A DNA stretch of 62,807 bases from Bacteroidota bacterium. Its GTDB lineage: Bacteria > Bacteroidota > Bacteroidia > Chitinophagales > LD1. Of this stretch, positions 54,448 to 62,807 are shown in pieces. The notes below the pieces were generated by a model, which saw only the letters and a program-made list of their open reading frames with translations, had not been told where the DNA came from and ran no database searches. The translations under genes and the position numbers were made by a program. The stretch covers positions 1 to 62,807 of the forward strand of contig JAZKEP010000044.1 in NCBI GenBank assembly GCA_040387015.1. Reading direction: 5' to 3'. Every line of letters begins with the position of its first letter. Position 1 is the first letter of the stretch.

Positions 54448-55006
54448 ACATATTTACATTAACCGTATTCATTTTAATTATTTTCTCCTGCAATTTTGCT
54501 CTTGCCTTTGCCAGGTTCGACTTTGAAGTTCCCTCGTTTATGCCGAGCAGCTCACCTATCTCGTTATGGTTGTATCCTTCCACTACATACAGGTTGAAAA
54601 CTGTTCTGTAAGCCGGTGAAAGCTGGTTGACCATTTCCAAAATCTGCGCTGCACTTAAGTCCGAAATCACATCTGCAGCATCTTCCACATAAACCGATTT
54701 CTCAATGTCACTGTGCTGATGTCGAATTTCTGCGCGCAGGTAATCAATAGCGGTGTTCACCATTATCCTGTAAATCCAGGATTCCAGATTTCCTCCCTTA
54801 TCAGCAAACTTCTTTATAGAGTCGAACACTTTAAAAAAACCCATGTTCAACATTTCTGTTGCCTGCTCACGGTGCGAAGCATAGCGCATGCACGTCCCCA
54901 TCATCTTGCCGAAATAGCGTTCATACAGGCGCTTTTGAGCAAGGCGTTCGTTTTTGATACAGCCTTTGATGAGTTCTTCTTCCGTCACATTGAATATAAT
55001 TCGCAT
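54437..55006 (-). CDS. ECF-type RNA polymerase sigma-70 family factor
   Basis: Region 2 (FFKVFDSIKKFADKGGNLESWIYRIMVNTAIDYLR) and region 4 (VEGYNHNEIGELLGINEGTSKSNLAKARAKLQ). Confidence 0.85.
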   Translation of the reverse strand: MRIIFNVTEEELIKGCIKNERLAQKRLYERYFGKMMGTCMRYASHREQATEMLNMGFFKVFDSIKKFADKGGNLESWIYRIMVNTAIDYLRAEIRHQHSDIEKSVYVEDAADVISDLSAAQILEMVNQLSPAYRTVFNLYVVEGYNHNEIGELLGINEGTSKSNLAKARAKLQEKIIKMNTVNVNMYGK

Positions 55007-55054
55007 CGAAGTTTATGAGTAGATCTCGTTTTTGAAATTTCCCCTTTGCACTCA

Positions 55055-56332
55055 TTACTTCTCTACAACAATCCTACTGAGCAACGAAATATTCTGCACG
55101 TTCGAATAATCGTATTGATACAAACCATCCTCGCCAATCATCAGCAGCTTATTGTTGAACGGAATTACATCCGTTGCCTGAATATTTGAAAAAGTAACCG
55201 TTGGTGTTGTAGAAATGTTCGTAGGATTGGTAGCATCAAAAACTTTCAAACCTGCACTTCCATCGCAGATGAAAAGCGTAGCGCCATCTTTCCCCAAGCC
55301 ATGCGGATTAGTCATTTGCACCGTGTGGCTCAAAGTAGGAGAAGCAAGATTCTGAATGTTTACTACCTCTAATTGATTGAATGTAGTGTTACAAGGTGTG
55401 CCGCTGCGCAAGGTGATGTAAGCATAATTGTCATCCACCACTACCGGGTCGCAGGCAGTGCCATGCGTATAAGTTGATACGTACGAAGGACTTGTCGGGT
55501 TGCTGATGTTATAGATAAACATTCCGTTGGTAGAACCGATAAACAAATGGTTGTTATATGGGAAGATGGTTTCGATATTTCTTCCAACATAACTAGTTCC
55601 CAGTGAAGAAAGTCCTCCGCTGATACTAAACATTCGCAGCGAAGATTGGTCAACAACATATAAGGTATTATTGGCTATTGTAAATCTTGCCATCGAACCG
55701 CCAATGCCGGGGGATGCTTTAGTAAATGTATTCGGGACCATCACTCCTCCATTAGAGTTAAGCACATCACCTTCCATCCACGGGCCTCTACCCCACCATC
55801 CACCACCGCCATTACAATCGGTACTTACCTTTTCAGTTACAATTTTCTCTACCCATTCTGTTACTACTCCCTTTGTTGCGTCCGCAGAATAGCCGCTGGA
55901 ATAAATTCTATCAGGCAAAGCATTTTCAACCCGCTTGGTAATAGTAACACTCAAAGGGTTAGAAATATCCAAGGACAGCAAATCAATATAGCTATCGGCA
56001 TACAGGGTGTTTCCTATTGCCGCTATATCCATATTACCAGGTATGCTTATGAAAGAAATATTTTGCGGTGAAGAAGGATTTGTGTTGTCGATGATGTGTA
56101 TACCCTTATCAACTTCATTCACAAATATGTAATTGCCTTTCAGGTAAATTTTGCCCGGTTTCTTTAGTGCCTGAGCGGGCTCTGACTTTACGGAATTCCG
56201 CAAATCTTCATAACTCATGTATACAGGCTCATAATTTTTGTAAGTAATAGTCTGTTCGCATTTATCCTTTTTGCAGGAAGAAAACATGAACAGGCTAAGT
56301 ATCAGAATGGAGGGAAGTGTAATTGATTTCAT
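55055..56332 (-). CDS. LVIVD-repeat-like beta-propeller lipoprotein
   Basis: Lipobox LFMFSSC and repeated hydrophobic ...D(I/V)SNP-type segments (LLSLDISNP, LEVVNIQNLASP, LKVFDATNPTN). Confidence 0.5.
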   Translation of the reverse strand: MKSITLPSILILSLFMFSSCKKDKCEQTITYKNYEPVYMSYEDLRNSVKSEPAQALKKPGKIYLKGNYIFVNEVDKGIHIIDNTNPSSPQNISFISIPGNMDIAAIGNTLYADSYIDLLSLDISNPLSVTITKRVENALPDRIYSSGYSADATKGVVTEWVEKIVTEKVSTDCNGGGGWWGRGPWMEGDVLNSNGGVMVPNTFTKASPGIGGSMARFTIANNTLYVVDQSSLRMFSISGGLSSLGTSYVGRNIETIFPYNNHLFIGSTNGMFIYNISNPTSPSYVSTYTHGTACDPVVVDDNYAYITLRSGTPCNTTFNQLEVVNIQNLASPTLSHTVQMTNPHGLGKDGATLFICDGSAGLKVFDATNPTNISTTPTVTFSNIQATDVIPFNNKLLMIGEDGLYQYDYSNVQNISLLSRIVVEK

Positions 56333-56423
56333 AGCTTTTAGTTTTGTTTTGATGATAAGGCAACGGTTTTCGATAATAAAACGTTTCTTTTGGAAATACC
56401 GTTGCCTGTCTAAAAATATTTTT

Positions 56424-57218
56424 ATGAAAAAGATTTCTCTACTCCTGTCTCTGCTTGTATCATCATTCGCTTTTTCTCAAACTAATATAGAGGATGTGGT
56501 TTACCTAAAAAGCGGCAGCATTGTGCGCGGAAAAATAACCGAGCATAAGTACGGGGTGGTTAAAATTGAACTTACCGGAGGCAGCTTATTTGTTTTTCAA
56601 CCTGGAGAGATAGACAGTGTAAAAAAAGAGAACGTTGTCAAAAGAAATATAAAAGCCATTCGCAAGAATTACTTTCGAAAAGATCGCGGCTATCGTAACA
56701 TGACCGAGTTCGGCATTATCTACGGAACCGATCTAAAGAGAGATAACAACGACCCTTATTACTACTACTATAACAATAATCCGGATGACTTTGGACTATC
56801 TCTTCACACGGTTAATGGGTATCAGGTGTGGCCATATTTATATGCGGGGGCAGGAATAGGAGTTGAGCGGTTTATTTCACTCAAGCAAACCTTTTCTCCT
56901 TTCTACCTTCGTGTTGCTTCTGAGTTTTTGAAAAAACGCGTTACTCCCTATGCCTTTTTAGATGTTGGCTATTCTCACCTTTGGAAACAGAAAAGCAATG
57001 AGTACATAAGCTACCAAAACAAAGGAGGTTTATATCTTACTGCTGGTGGAGGAGTAAGAATCTACACGCAAAGCCGCGCCTCTGTTGTATTAAGTCTTGC
57101 TTACAAACGAAACCAAAGCGAAAGCAAATGGTGGTACACCCAAAGTGTTGACGGCTCCTTCTATACGATTAAGAGAACTTACCAGAGGCTGGTGATGAGT
57201 GTTGGGGTAACCTTCTAA
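56424..57218 (+). CDS. hypothetical secreted / outer-membrane beta-barrel-like protein (start at MKKISLLL)
   Basis: Signal peptide LLLSLLVSSFAFSQ, alternating beta pattern, and C-terminal VGVTF. Confidence 0.5.
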   Translation: MKKISLLLSLLVSSFAFSQTNIEDVVYLKSGSIVRGKITEHKYGVVKIELTGGSLFVFQPGEIDSVKKENVVKRNIKAIRKNYFRKDRGYRNMTEFGIIYGTDLKRDNNDPYYYYYNNNPDDFGLSLHTVNGYQVWPYLYAGAGIGVERFISLKQTFSPFYLRVASEFLKKRVTPYAFLDVGYSHLWKQKSNEYISYQNKGGLYLTAGGGVRIYTQSRASVVLSLAYKRNQSESKWWYTQSVDGSFYTIKRTYQRLVMSVGVTF

Positions 57219-57265
57219 TTCAAATCATTCATTCTCTTAAATTTGCCGTTCCTAATTACGCAGGT

Positions 57266-57778
57266 ATGGCTTTAATTGTTCCGGTAAATGGCATTCACCC
57301 TAAGTTTGGCAACAACTGTTTTCTTGCTGAAAACAGCACTGTGACAGGTGATGTGGTAATGGGTGACAATTGCAGTGTTTGGTTTACTGCTGTTGTGCGT
57401 GGCGATGTTCATTACATCCGACTAGGCAATAAAGTGAACGTCCAAGATGGAGCTATAATCCATTGCACGTATCAAAAAGCGCCAACTAATATTGGTAACA
57501 ATGTTTCAATAGGGCATCGGGCTATTGTTCACGGTTGCACAGTTCATGATAATGTTCTGATTGGAATGGGTGCCATTGTTATGGACCATGCAGTGATTGG
57601 TGAAAATTCGATCATAGCTGCAGGTGCAATTGTTTTAGAAAACACAGTTGTGGAGCCCGGCAGTATTTATGCGGGTATTCCCGCAAAACGAATCAAAGAT
57701 GTTGACAAGGAAAATTTCAAACACCTGATTGAGCGAATCAGTAATAATTATGTGATGTATTCCGAGTGGTATAAATAA
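57266..57778 (+). CDS. gamma-class carbonic anhydrase-like left-handed beta-helix protein
   Basis: Hexapeptide repeats. NVSIGHRAIVHGCTVHDNVLIGMGAIV. 170 aa. Confidence 0.8.
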   Translation: MALIVPVNGIHPKFGNNCFLAENSTVTGDVVMGDNCSVWFTAVVRGDVHYIRLGNKVNVQDGAIIHCTYQKAPTNIGNNVSIGHRAIVHGCTVHDNVLIGMGAIVMDHAVIGENSIIAAGAIVLENTVVEPGSIYAGIPAKRIKDVDKENFKHLIERISNNYVMYSEWYK

Positions 57779-57783
57779 CGGGT

Positions 57784-58317
57784 ATGGAAGATTTAAATAA
57801 AGAAGAAATGGTTGTGCTGGTGGATGAAGAAAACACCGTGCTTGGTTATGTAGGTAAATTAGAAGCGCACAAAAAAGCCTTGTTGCACCGCGCTATCAGT
57901 GTAATTATTTTTAATAGCAAAGGCGAAATGCTAGTTCAGCAACGCGCCTTAGCTAAATATCACTGGGCTGGAATATGGAGCAATACCTGTTGCAGCCACC
58001 CGCGAAAAGACGAAAGCTTTCATGCTGCTGCCGAAAGAAGAGTATTTGAAGAACTTGGAATTAAAACTCCCTTGAAAGAAGAGTTTCATTTTATCTACAA
58101 AGCCTATGACGAGCCGAGTGGCCTCACCGAATGGGAGTATGACACTGTATTTACAGGAACATTTGATGATGACTTTGAGTTCAACAAAGATGAAGTCGCA
58201 GCCGTGCGATGGATGAAAACGGATGACCTGTTAAATGATATTCAAAAAAATCCTGAGCAGTATTCTTTCTGGTTTAAGATTATTCTGGAGGAAATGAAGA
58301 AGAGGGGAACCATCTAA
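57784..58317 (+). CDS. idi: isopentenyl-diphosphate delta-isomerase, type 1 (Nudix)
   Basis: LLHRAISVIIFN, WSNTCCSHP and TEWEYD motifs. Confidence 0.85.
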   Translation: MEDLNKEEMVVLVDEENTVLGYVGKLEAHKKALLHRAISVIIFNSKGEMLVQQRALAKYHWAGIWSNTCCSHPRKDESFHAAAERRVFEELGIKTPLKEEFHFIYKAYDEPSGLTEWEYDTVFTGTFDDDFEFNKDEVAAVRWMKTDDLLNDIQKNPEQYSFWFKIILEEMKKRGTI

Positions 58318-58327
58318 AAATTTCATT

Positions 58328-58966
58328 ATGCATTTAGTATCGCAGCAACTTGAAAACTACATTGAACAATTTTCTTCACCTGAAGATGACGTGTTGCGTG
58401 AACTGTCCCGCGAAACACACTTGAAGATTCAAATGCCGCAGATGGTTTCTGGAAACATGCAGGGACAGTTCCTGGAAATGATAAGCAGACTGATTCAACC
58501 TAAGAGGATTCTGGAAGTTGGAACTTTTACGGGTTATTCAGCCATTTGCCTTGCTAAAGGCTTAGTCAATGATGGCTTGTTATATACAATAGATGTTAAT
58601 GAAGAGCTTCAACCCATGTGCGCAAGGTATTTTGAAAAGGCAAATCTCTCTTCAAAAATCAAGCAACTTCTTGGTGATGCAACAAAAATAATTCCTGAAC
58701 TGAATGAAACTTTTGACCTTGTTTTTATTGATGCCGACAAAGTAAATTACTCGAACTACTACGATCTGGTTTTTGACAAAGTGCGCGTTGGCGGCTACAT
58801 CGTAGCAGACAATGTATTGTGGAGCGGCAAAATAGTGGAAGATAAAAAGGATAAAGACACGCTGGCGATTCACCAATACAATCAGAAGGTTTCTTCTGAT
58901 GTTCGTGTTAAAAATTTCATTCTCTCTCTCAGAGATGGACTAAATATTGCACAAAAAATTTCCTGA
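58328..58966 (+). CDS. class I SAM-dependent O-methyltransferase (caffeoyl-CoA OMT-like)
   Basis: ILEVGTFTGYSA motif I and FDLVFIDADK. Confidence 0.8.
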   Translation: MHLVSQQLENYIEQFSSPEDDVLRELSRETHLKIQMPQMVSGNMQGQFLEMISRLIQPKRILEVGTFTGYSAICLAKGLVNDGLLYTIDVNEELQPMCARYFEKANLSSKIKQLLGDATKIIPELNETFDLVFIDADKVNYSNYYDLVFDKVRVGGYIVADNVLWSGKIVEDKKDKDTLAIHQYNQKVSSDVRVKNFILSLRDGLNIAQKIS

Positions 58967-59042
58967 CGAACAACATTTTGTAGAAAGCCATCGTTAAAAG
59001 AAACCAGGTATTCGTTACTTTTGGCAGTAGGTAGGTTCCATT

Positions 59043-60245
59043 ATGAAGGTTGTTCCATCCATTCTTAGTCTTTTCCTTACGCTATCGGTTTTTGCCCAGC
59101 AGAAACCGGAAGTGATAAGTTATATAAAGCAGTTCAGGCATATTGCAATAGATGAAATGGTCCGCACCCGAATACCTGCCAGTATTACTATGGCCCAGGG
59201 CCTACTTGAATCCGGGTTTGGTAAATCTCCTTTATCGCGCCAAGCAAACAATCACTTTGGGATTAAATGCAAAAGCGAATGGACGGGAAAGAAATTTTTT
59301 CAGGATGACGATGAAGCACAGGAATGCTTTCGGGTTTACGAACATGCCGAAGCATCTTATGTAGATCATTCTGATTTTTTGCTAACACGATACCGCTACG
59401 CTACGCTTTTTCAACTCCCTCCCACTGATTATAAAGCATGGGCAATTGGATTGAAAGAAGTTGGTTATGCCACTAATCCAAAGTATGCCGGCATCCTTAC
59501 AACATTTATTGAAACTTACAACCTGCACGAGCTTGATCTAATTGCTCTTGCACAAATTGAAGAGAAAGAAAAACTCATACTGCTTTGTGAATCTGTCGAG
59601 CCTTCAGCGATAAAAACAGAACCGGTACCCACAGCAACAAAATCGAAACATGTAGAAGTGCAACTGCTGAAATCAAATGGTCCAGTGGCTGTTTCAGGAG
59701 GACGAGAAGAATTTATTGTCAACGGGGTTAGGGCAGTCAAAGCAGTAGGTAATGAGGATCCGTTCAAGATCGCCTTTGACTATAATATCGACTATTCTTT
59801 TGTTTTGAATTTTAATGATCTGAACAAAGGTGAGCAGTTTAAAGATGGGGAATTCATTTTCCTGCACGCCAAGAAGAATGCCGGTGAAGAGCCAACATAC
59901 AAAGTGCGGAGCGGAGAATGTATGCGCGATGTTTCACAACGGCTTGGAATTAAAATAAAAGACCTGTATGCTAAGAATTTAATGAAGCCCAACGAACAGG
60001 TTTATGCAGGTGAAATATTGAACCTTCAGAACACAAAAACACAACCTCCGCGAACTTTGTCTTACTACGAATTTCTGAAAACACAAGGCCAAATTTCCAG
60101 GAGCAGTCAATATCAGGTTCAGCAAACAGATACGCTTTATTCAATTGCTAAGAAATTTAATACCACCATTGAGCAATTGAAAGTGCTCAACAACCTCGAA
60201 TCAACCGATTTGAAACCCGGACAGACTTTAGTTGTTTCAAGATAA
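59043..60245 (+). CDS. glucosaminidase domain plus two LysM domains (peptidoglycan hydrolase)
   Basis: AQGLLESGFGKS...NHFGIKC. LysM-like YKVRSGECMRDVSQRLGI and YQVQQTDTLYSIAKKFNTTIEQLKVLNNL. Confidence 0.75.
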   Translation: MKVVPSILSLFLTLSVFAQQKPEVISYIKQFRHIAIDEMVRTRIPASITMAQGLLESGFGKSPLSRQANNHFGIKCKSEWTGKKFFQDDDEAQECFRVYEHAEASYVDHSDFLLTRYRYATLFQLPPTDYKAWAIGLKEVGYATNPKYAGILTTFIETYNLHELDLIALAQIEEKEKLILLCESVEPSAIKTEPVPTATKSKHVEVQLLKSNGPVAVSGGREEFIVNGVRAVKAVGNEDPFKIAFDYNIDYSFVLNFNDLNKGEQFKDGEFIFLHAKKNAGEEPTYKVRSGECMRDVSQRLGIKIKDLYAKNLMKPNEQVYAGEILNLQNTKTQPPRTLSYYEFLKTQGQISRSSQYQVQQTDTLYSIAKKFNTTIEQLKVLNNLESTDLKPGQTLVVSR

Positions 60246-60308
60246 CGCCATTCGGATTTTCAGAACTTTGTAAGGTCTCTTTTGTTCCCCCGACTGAACA
60301 AACAAAAA

Positions 60309-60977
60309 ATGCGTTTACATTTTTCAAATTTTATACTGAGTATTGCCTTGCTGTTATCGCTTGATTCCTGTGGACAGAAAAGCGGTTCATCTAAAATATA
60401 TTCATCCAATAATAATTCAGTTAGTATGAGTGAAAATACAAAGCTTGATACCATCACATTCGGAGGTGGTTGCTTTTGGTGCACAGAAGCAATTTTTCAA
60501 AGATTAAATGGTGTTGTTTCTGTAGCCTCCGGTTATTCGGGGGGCAAAATTAAAAACCCTACCTATAAAGAAGTTTGCAGCGGCATGACCGGACATGCCG
60601 AGTGCACACAAATAGTTTTTGATGCTAACACTATCTCGCTGGCTGAAATTCTGGAAGTGTTTTTCAAAACGCATGACCCAACAACACTTAATCGCCAGGG
60701 AGGTGACGAAGGCACTCAGTATCGCTCTGTTATTTTCTATAAAAATGAAGAGCAGAAAAAAATTGCAGAAGATATTAAACAAGGGTTGGATAAAAGCGAG
60801 GCGTTCAACGATCCCATTGTAACGGAGGTTTCTCCCTTAGGTGTTTTTTATAAAGCCGAAGACTACCATCAGAATTATTACAACGACAACAAAACCAAGA
60901 ACTCCTATTGTTCGTATGTGATTGTGCCTAAGGTAGAGAAATTTGAAAAGTACTTTGCCGATAAACTAAAGAAGTAG
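60309..60977 (+). CDS. msrA: peptide-methionine (S)-S-oxide reductase, lipoprotein form
   Basis: GGGCFWCTEA active site. N-terminal ALLLSLDSC lipobox. Confidence 0.9.
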   Translation: MRLHFSNFILSIALLLSLDSCGQKSGSSKIYSSNNNSVSMSENTKLDTITFGGGCFWCTEAIFQRLNGVVSVASGYSGGKIKNPTYKEVCSGMTGHAECTQIVFDANTISLAEILEVFFKTHDPTTLNRQGGDEGTQYRSVIFYKNEEQKKIAEDIKQGLDKSEAFNDPIVTEVSPLGVFYKAEDYHQNYYNDNKTKNSYCSYVIVPKVEKFEKYFADKLKK

Positions 60978-61027
60978 AGGGCATCCGTACTGGCGAAAAT
61001 TTCACATATTTGGCGAACTAATTCATC

Positions 61028-61570
61028 ATGGAAAAGCTGGTAAAGCTTAACGACAGATCTTTCCGGTTATTCAAAAGCGAAAGCGAAATAATATCGGCTG
61101 TCAGAGACATCGCTAATCAAATTAACGATGACTATATCGGCAAGCGCCCGTTGTTGGTTCCCGTTCTTAACGGGTCTTTTATGTTTGCCTCTGATTTGAT
61201 TAAGGAGTTGATGCTCGACTGTGAGATTTCATTTGTTAAGGGTTCTTCTTATACGGGAACAAACTCGACCGCTAATTTTAATACACAAATTGGGCTGGAA
61301 GAAATTGTGGAAGGGCGGCACATAATTATTATTGAAGATATAGTTGATACTGGAAATACGCTGGCACAAATACTTCCGGGTTTTAGAGCAGGAAATCCTG
61401 CTTCTCTAAAAATTGCCTCCCTACTTTTAAAACCATTGGCCCTTCAACACGACCTGAAAATAGATTACGTTGGCATGGAAATTCCTAACCAGTTTGTTGT
61501 GGGATACGGCTTAGATTACGATGGACTAGGAAGGAACCTACGCGATATCTATCAGGAAGCGCCCGAATAA
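61028..61570 (+). CDS. hpt: hypoxanthine phosphoribosyltransferase
   Basis: PRPP motif IIIIEDIVDTGNTL. 180 aa. Confidence 0.9.
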   Translation: MEKLVKLNDRSFRLFKSESEIISAVRDIANQINDDYIGKRPLLVPVLNGSFMFASDLIKELMLDCEISFVKGSSYTGTNSTANFNTQIGLEEIVEGRHIIIIEDIVDTGNTLAQILPGFRAGNPASLKIASLLLKPLALQHDLKIDYVGMEIPNQFVVGYGLDYDGLGRNLRDIYQEAPE

Positions 61571-61576
61571 TCATTA

Positions 61577-62794
61577 ATGAAAAAACAGGTTGTTGTTATT
61601 GGCGGTGGGGCTGCCGGGTTCTTTGCGGCTATTACCTGTGCCGAAAAAAATCCCGATTTCAATATTACCATTCTTGAAAAGTCACCACAGCTTCTTTACA
61701 AGGTAAAAATAAGCGGGGGCGGAAGATGCAACGTAACGCATGCCTGCTTCGAGCCGAAGCAATTAGTAAAGAATTATCCTCGTGGCGAAACACAACTGCT
61801 GGGCCCCTTCACCCGGTTCAATCCTACTAATACGATTGACTGGTTCGAAACCCGGGGTGTAGAATTAAAGGCAGAAGATGATGGCAGAATGTTTCCTGCT
61901 ACCGATACATCGCAAACCATTATTGACTGTTATTTACGAGAAGCGAAAAGACTGAAGATAAAAATTGAAACGCTGATTGGTGTTGATAGTTTACAGATGA
62001 CAGATGACAGATGGCGGTTAAATACAAGTAAGGGAGAAATTTGTGCGGACGCGGTGATTGTTGCTTCCGGGTCTTCTTCCCGCATGTGGACTGCGCTCGA
62101 AAAAATAGGTCACTCTATTGTTCCTGCCGTGCCCTCGCTCTTTACCTTTAATATTAAAGATGAAAGAATAAAAGGGTTGGAAGGTTTATCGGTTGACCAG
62201 GCAAAGGTTACGGTTGTTTCCAAACAAAAATTAAACGCAACGGGGCCCTTGCTAATAACCCACTGGGGAATGAGCGGGCCGGCTATACTTCGTTTGTCGG
62301 CCTGGGACGCCAGGGAATTAGCTGCTACAAATCATAAATTCGAAATTGAAGTAAACTGGATTAACAAAGAGGCGAGTGAGGTAAAGGATACCTTGAAACT
62401 TTTCAAACAAAATCATCCAAAGAAAAACGTAGTGGCTAATCCGCTGTTCAGCATTCCAAGGCGTCTTTGGGAAAGGCTGGTGAGTGGTAATTCTTTAAAC
62501 AGTAACTTTAATTTTGCAGACCTATCCAACAAACAAATTGAATTGCTAGCTGAGACTTTCACAGCCTCCCGTTTTTCGGTCAGCGGTAAATCGACTTATA
62601 AAGATGAATTTGTAACTGCCGGTGGAATAGATTTGAACGAAGTGGATTTCAAGACCATGCAGAGTAAAAAATGGCCGGGCTTATTCTTTGCCGGTGAGGT
62701 GCTGGATATTGATGCCATTACCGGTGGTTTCAATTTTCAGGCGGCATGGACTACCGGATGGATTGCGGGAACCTCTATTGGTAGTATGCCATAA
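61577..62794 (+). CDS. NAD(P)/FAD-dependent oxidoreductase, HI0933/BaiN-like flavoprotein
   Basis: VIGGGAAGFFAA Rossmann motif, GGGRCN, and C-terminal FAGEVLDIDAITGGFNFQAAW. Confidence 0.8.
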   Translation: MKKQVVVIGGGAAGFFAAITCAEKNPDFNITILEKSPQLLYKVKISGGGRCNVTHACFEPKQLVKNYPRGETQLLGPFTRFNPTNTIDWFETRGVELKAEDDGRMFPATDTSQTIIDCYLREAKRLKIKIETLIGVDSLQMTDDRWRLNTSKGEICADAVIVASGSSSRMWTALEKIGHSIVPAVPSLFTFNIKDERIKGLEGLSVDQAKVTVVSKQKLNATGPLLITHWGMSGPAILRLSAWDARELAATNHKFEIEVNWINKEASEVKDTLKLFKQNHPKKNVVANPLFSIPRRLWERLVSGNSLNSNFNFADLSNKQIELLAETFTASRFSVSGKSTYKDEFVTAGGIDLNEVDFKTMQSKKWPGLFFAGEVLDIDAITGGFNFQAAWTTGWIAGTSIGSMP

Positions 62795-62807
62795 TCTATA
62801 CAACGCT

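Noticed and set aside
56271-56423. N-terminal extension of the ORF at 56271..57218, overlapping the start of the LVIVD gene on the other strand.
   Set aside because: The extension has no signal peptide, while the internal ATG at 56424 is followed by a canonical signal sequence. The extension is most likely not translated.

Overview
The gene content suggests a Bacteroidota chromosome (Chitinophagia/Sphingobacteriia-like): DUF5686, DUF5916, LVIVD and WG-repeat proteins, ECF sigma modules, and no obvious Shine-Dalgarno use. This assignment is inference. About 60 protein genes are present and most are housekeeping. They include a partial complex I cluster nuoI-J-K-L-M-N (minus strand; nuoN runs off the left edge and is missing from the ORF track), prfA, lpxH, ftsH, rsfS, birA, nadK, a PabA/TrpG-type amidotransferase, ybeY, mnmG, rnhB, idi, msrA, hpt, an ABC-F ATPase and two ECF sigma/anti-sigma modules. 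I found no rRNA, tRNA, CRISPR array, integrase or transposase. Six things stand out. (1) At 31.7-32.5 kb there is a tandem array of four terminator-bounded units of about 185 nt. Their stems covary, an 18-nt loop is invariant, and two units carry sigma-54-type -24/-12 boxes. This is a candidate multicopy structured sRNA family. It lies next to an orphan 321-aa protein and an XRE-like regulator. (2) A family of phased, degenerate 21-bp tandem repeat arrays occurs at 7.7, 23.0, 33.8 and 51.8 kb. Two arrays lie directly upstream of paralogous XRE-like HTH plus coiled-coil genes. (3) The nuo cluster is interrupted twice. One interruption is a markedly AT-rich four-gene cassette between nuoL and nuoM (HTH, small membrane protein, WG-repeat protein, HExxH protein). 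(4) An AT-rich gene encodes a DUF559/Vsr-like endonuclease fusion. (5) Repeat DNA is inserted in frame in two conserved genes: a palindromic element in mnmG and a heptanucleotide microsatellite in ybeY. (6) An anti-sigma/beta-barrel gene downstream of an ECF sigma factor is frameshifted. All functional calls come from motif recognition by eye, and no database search was run.
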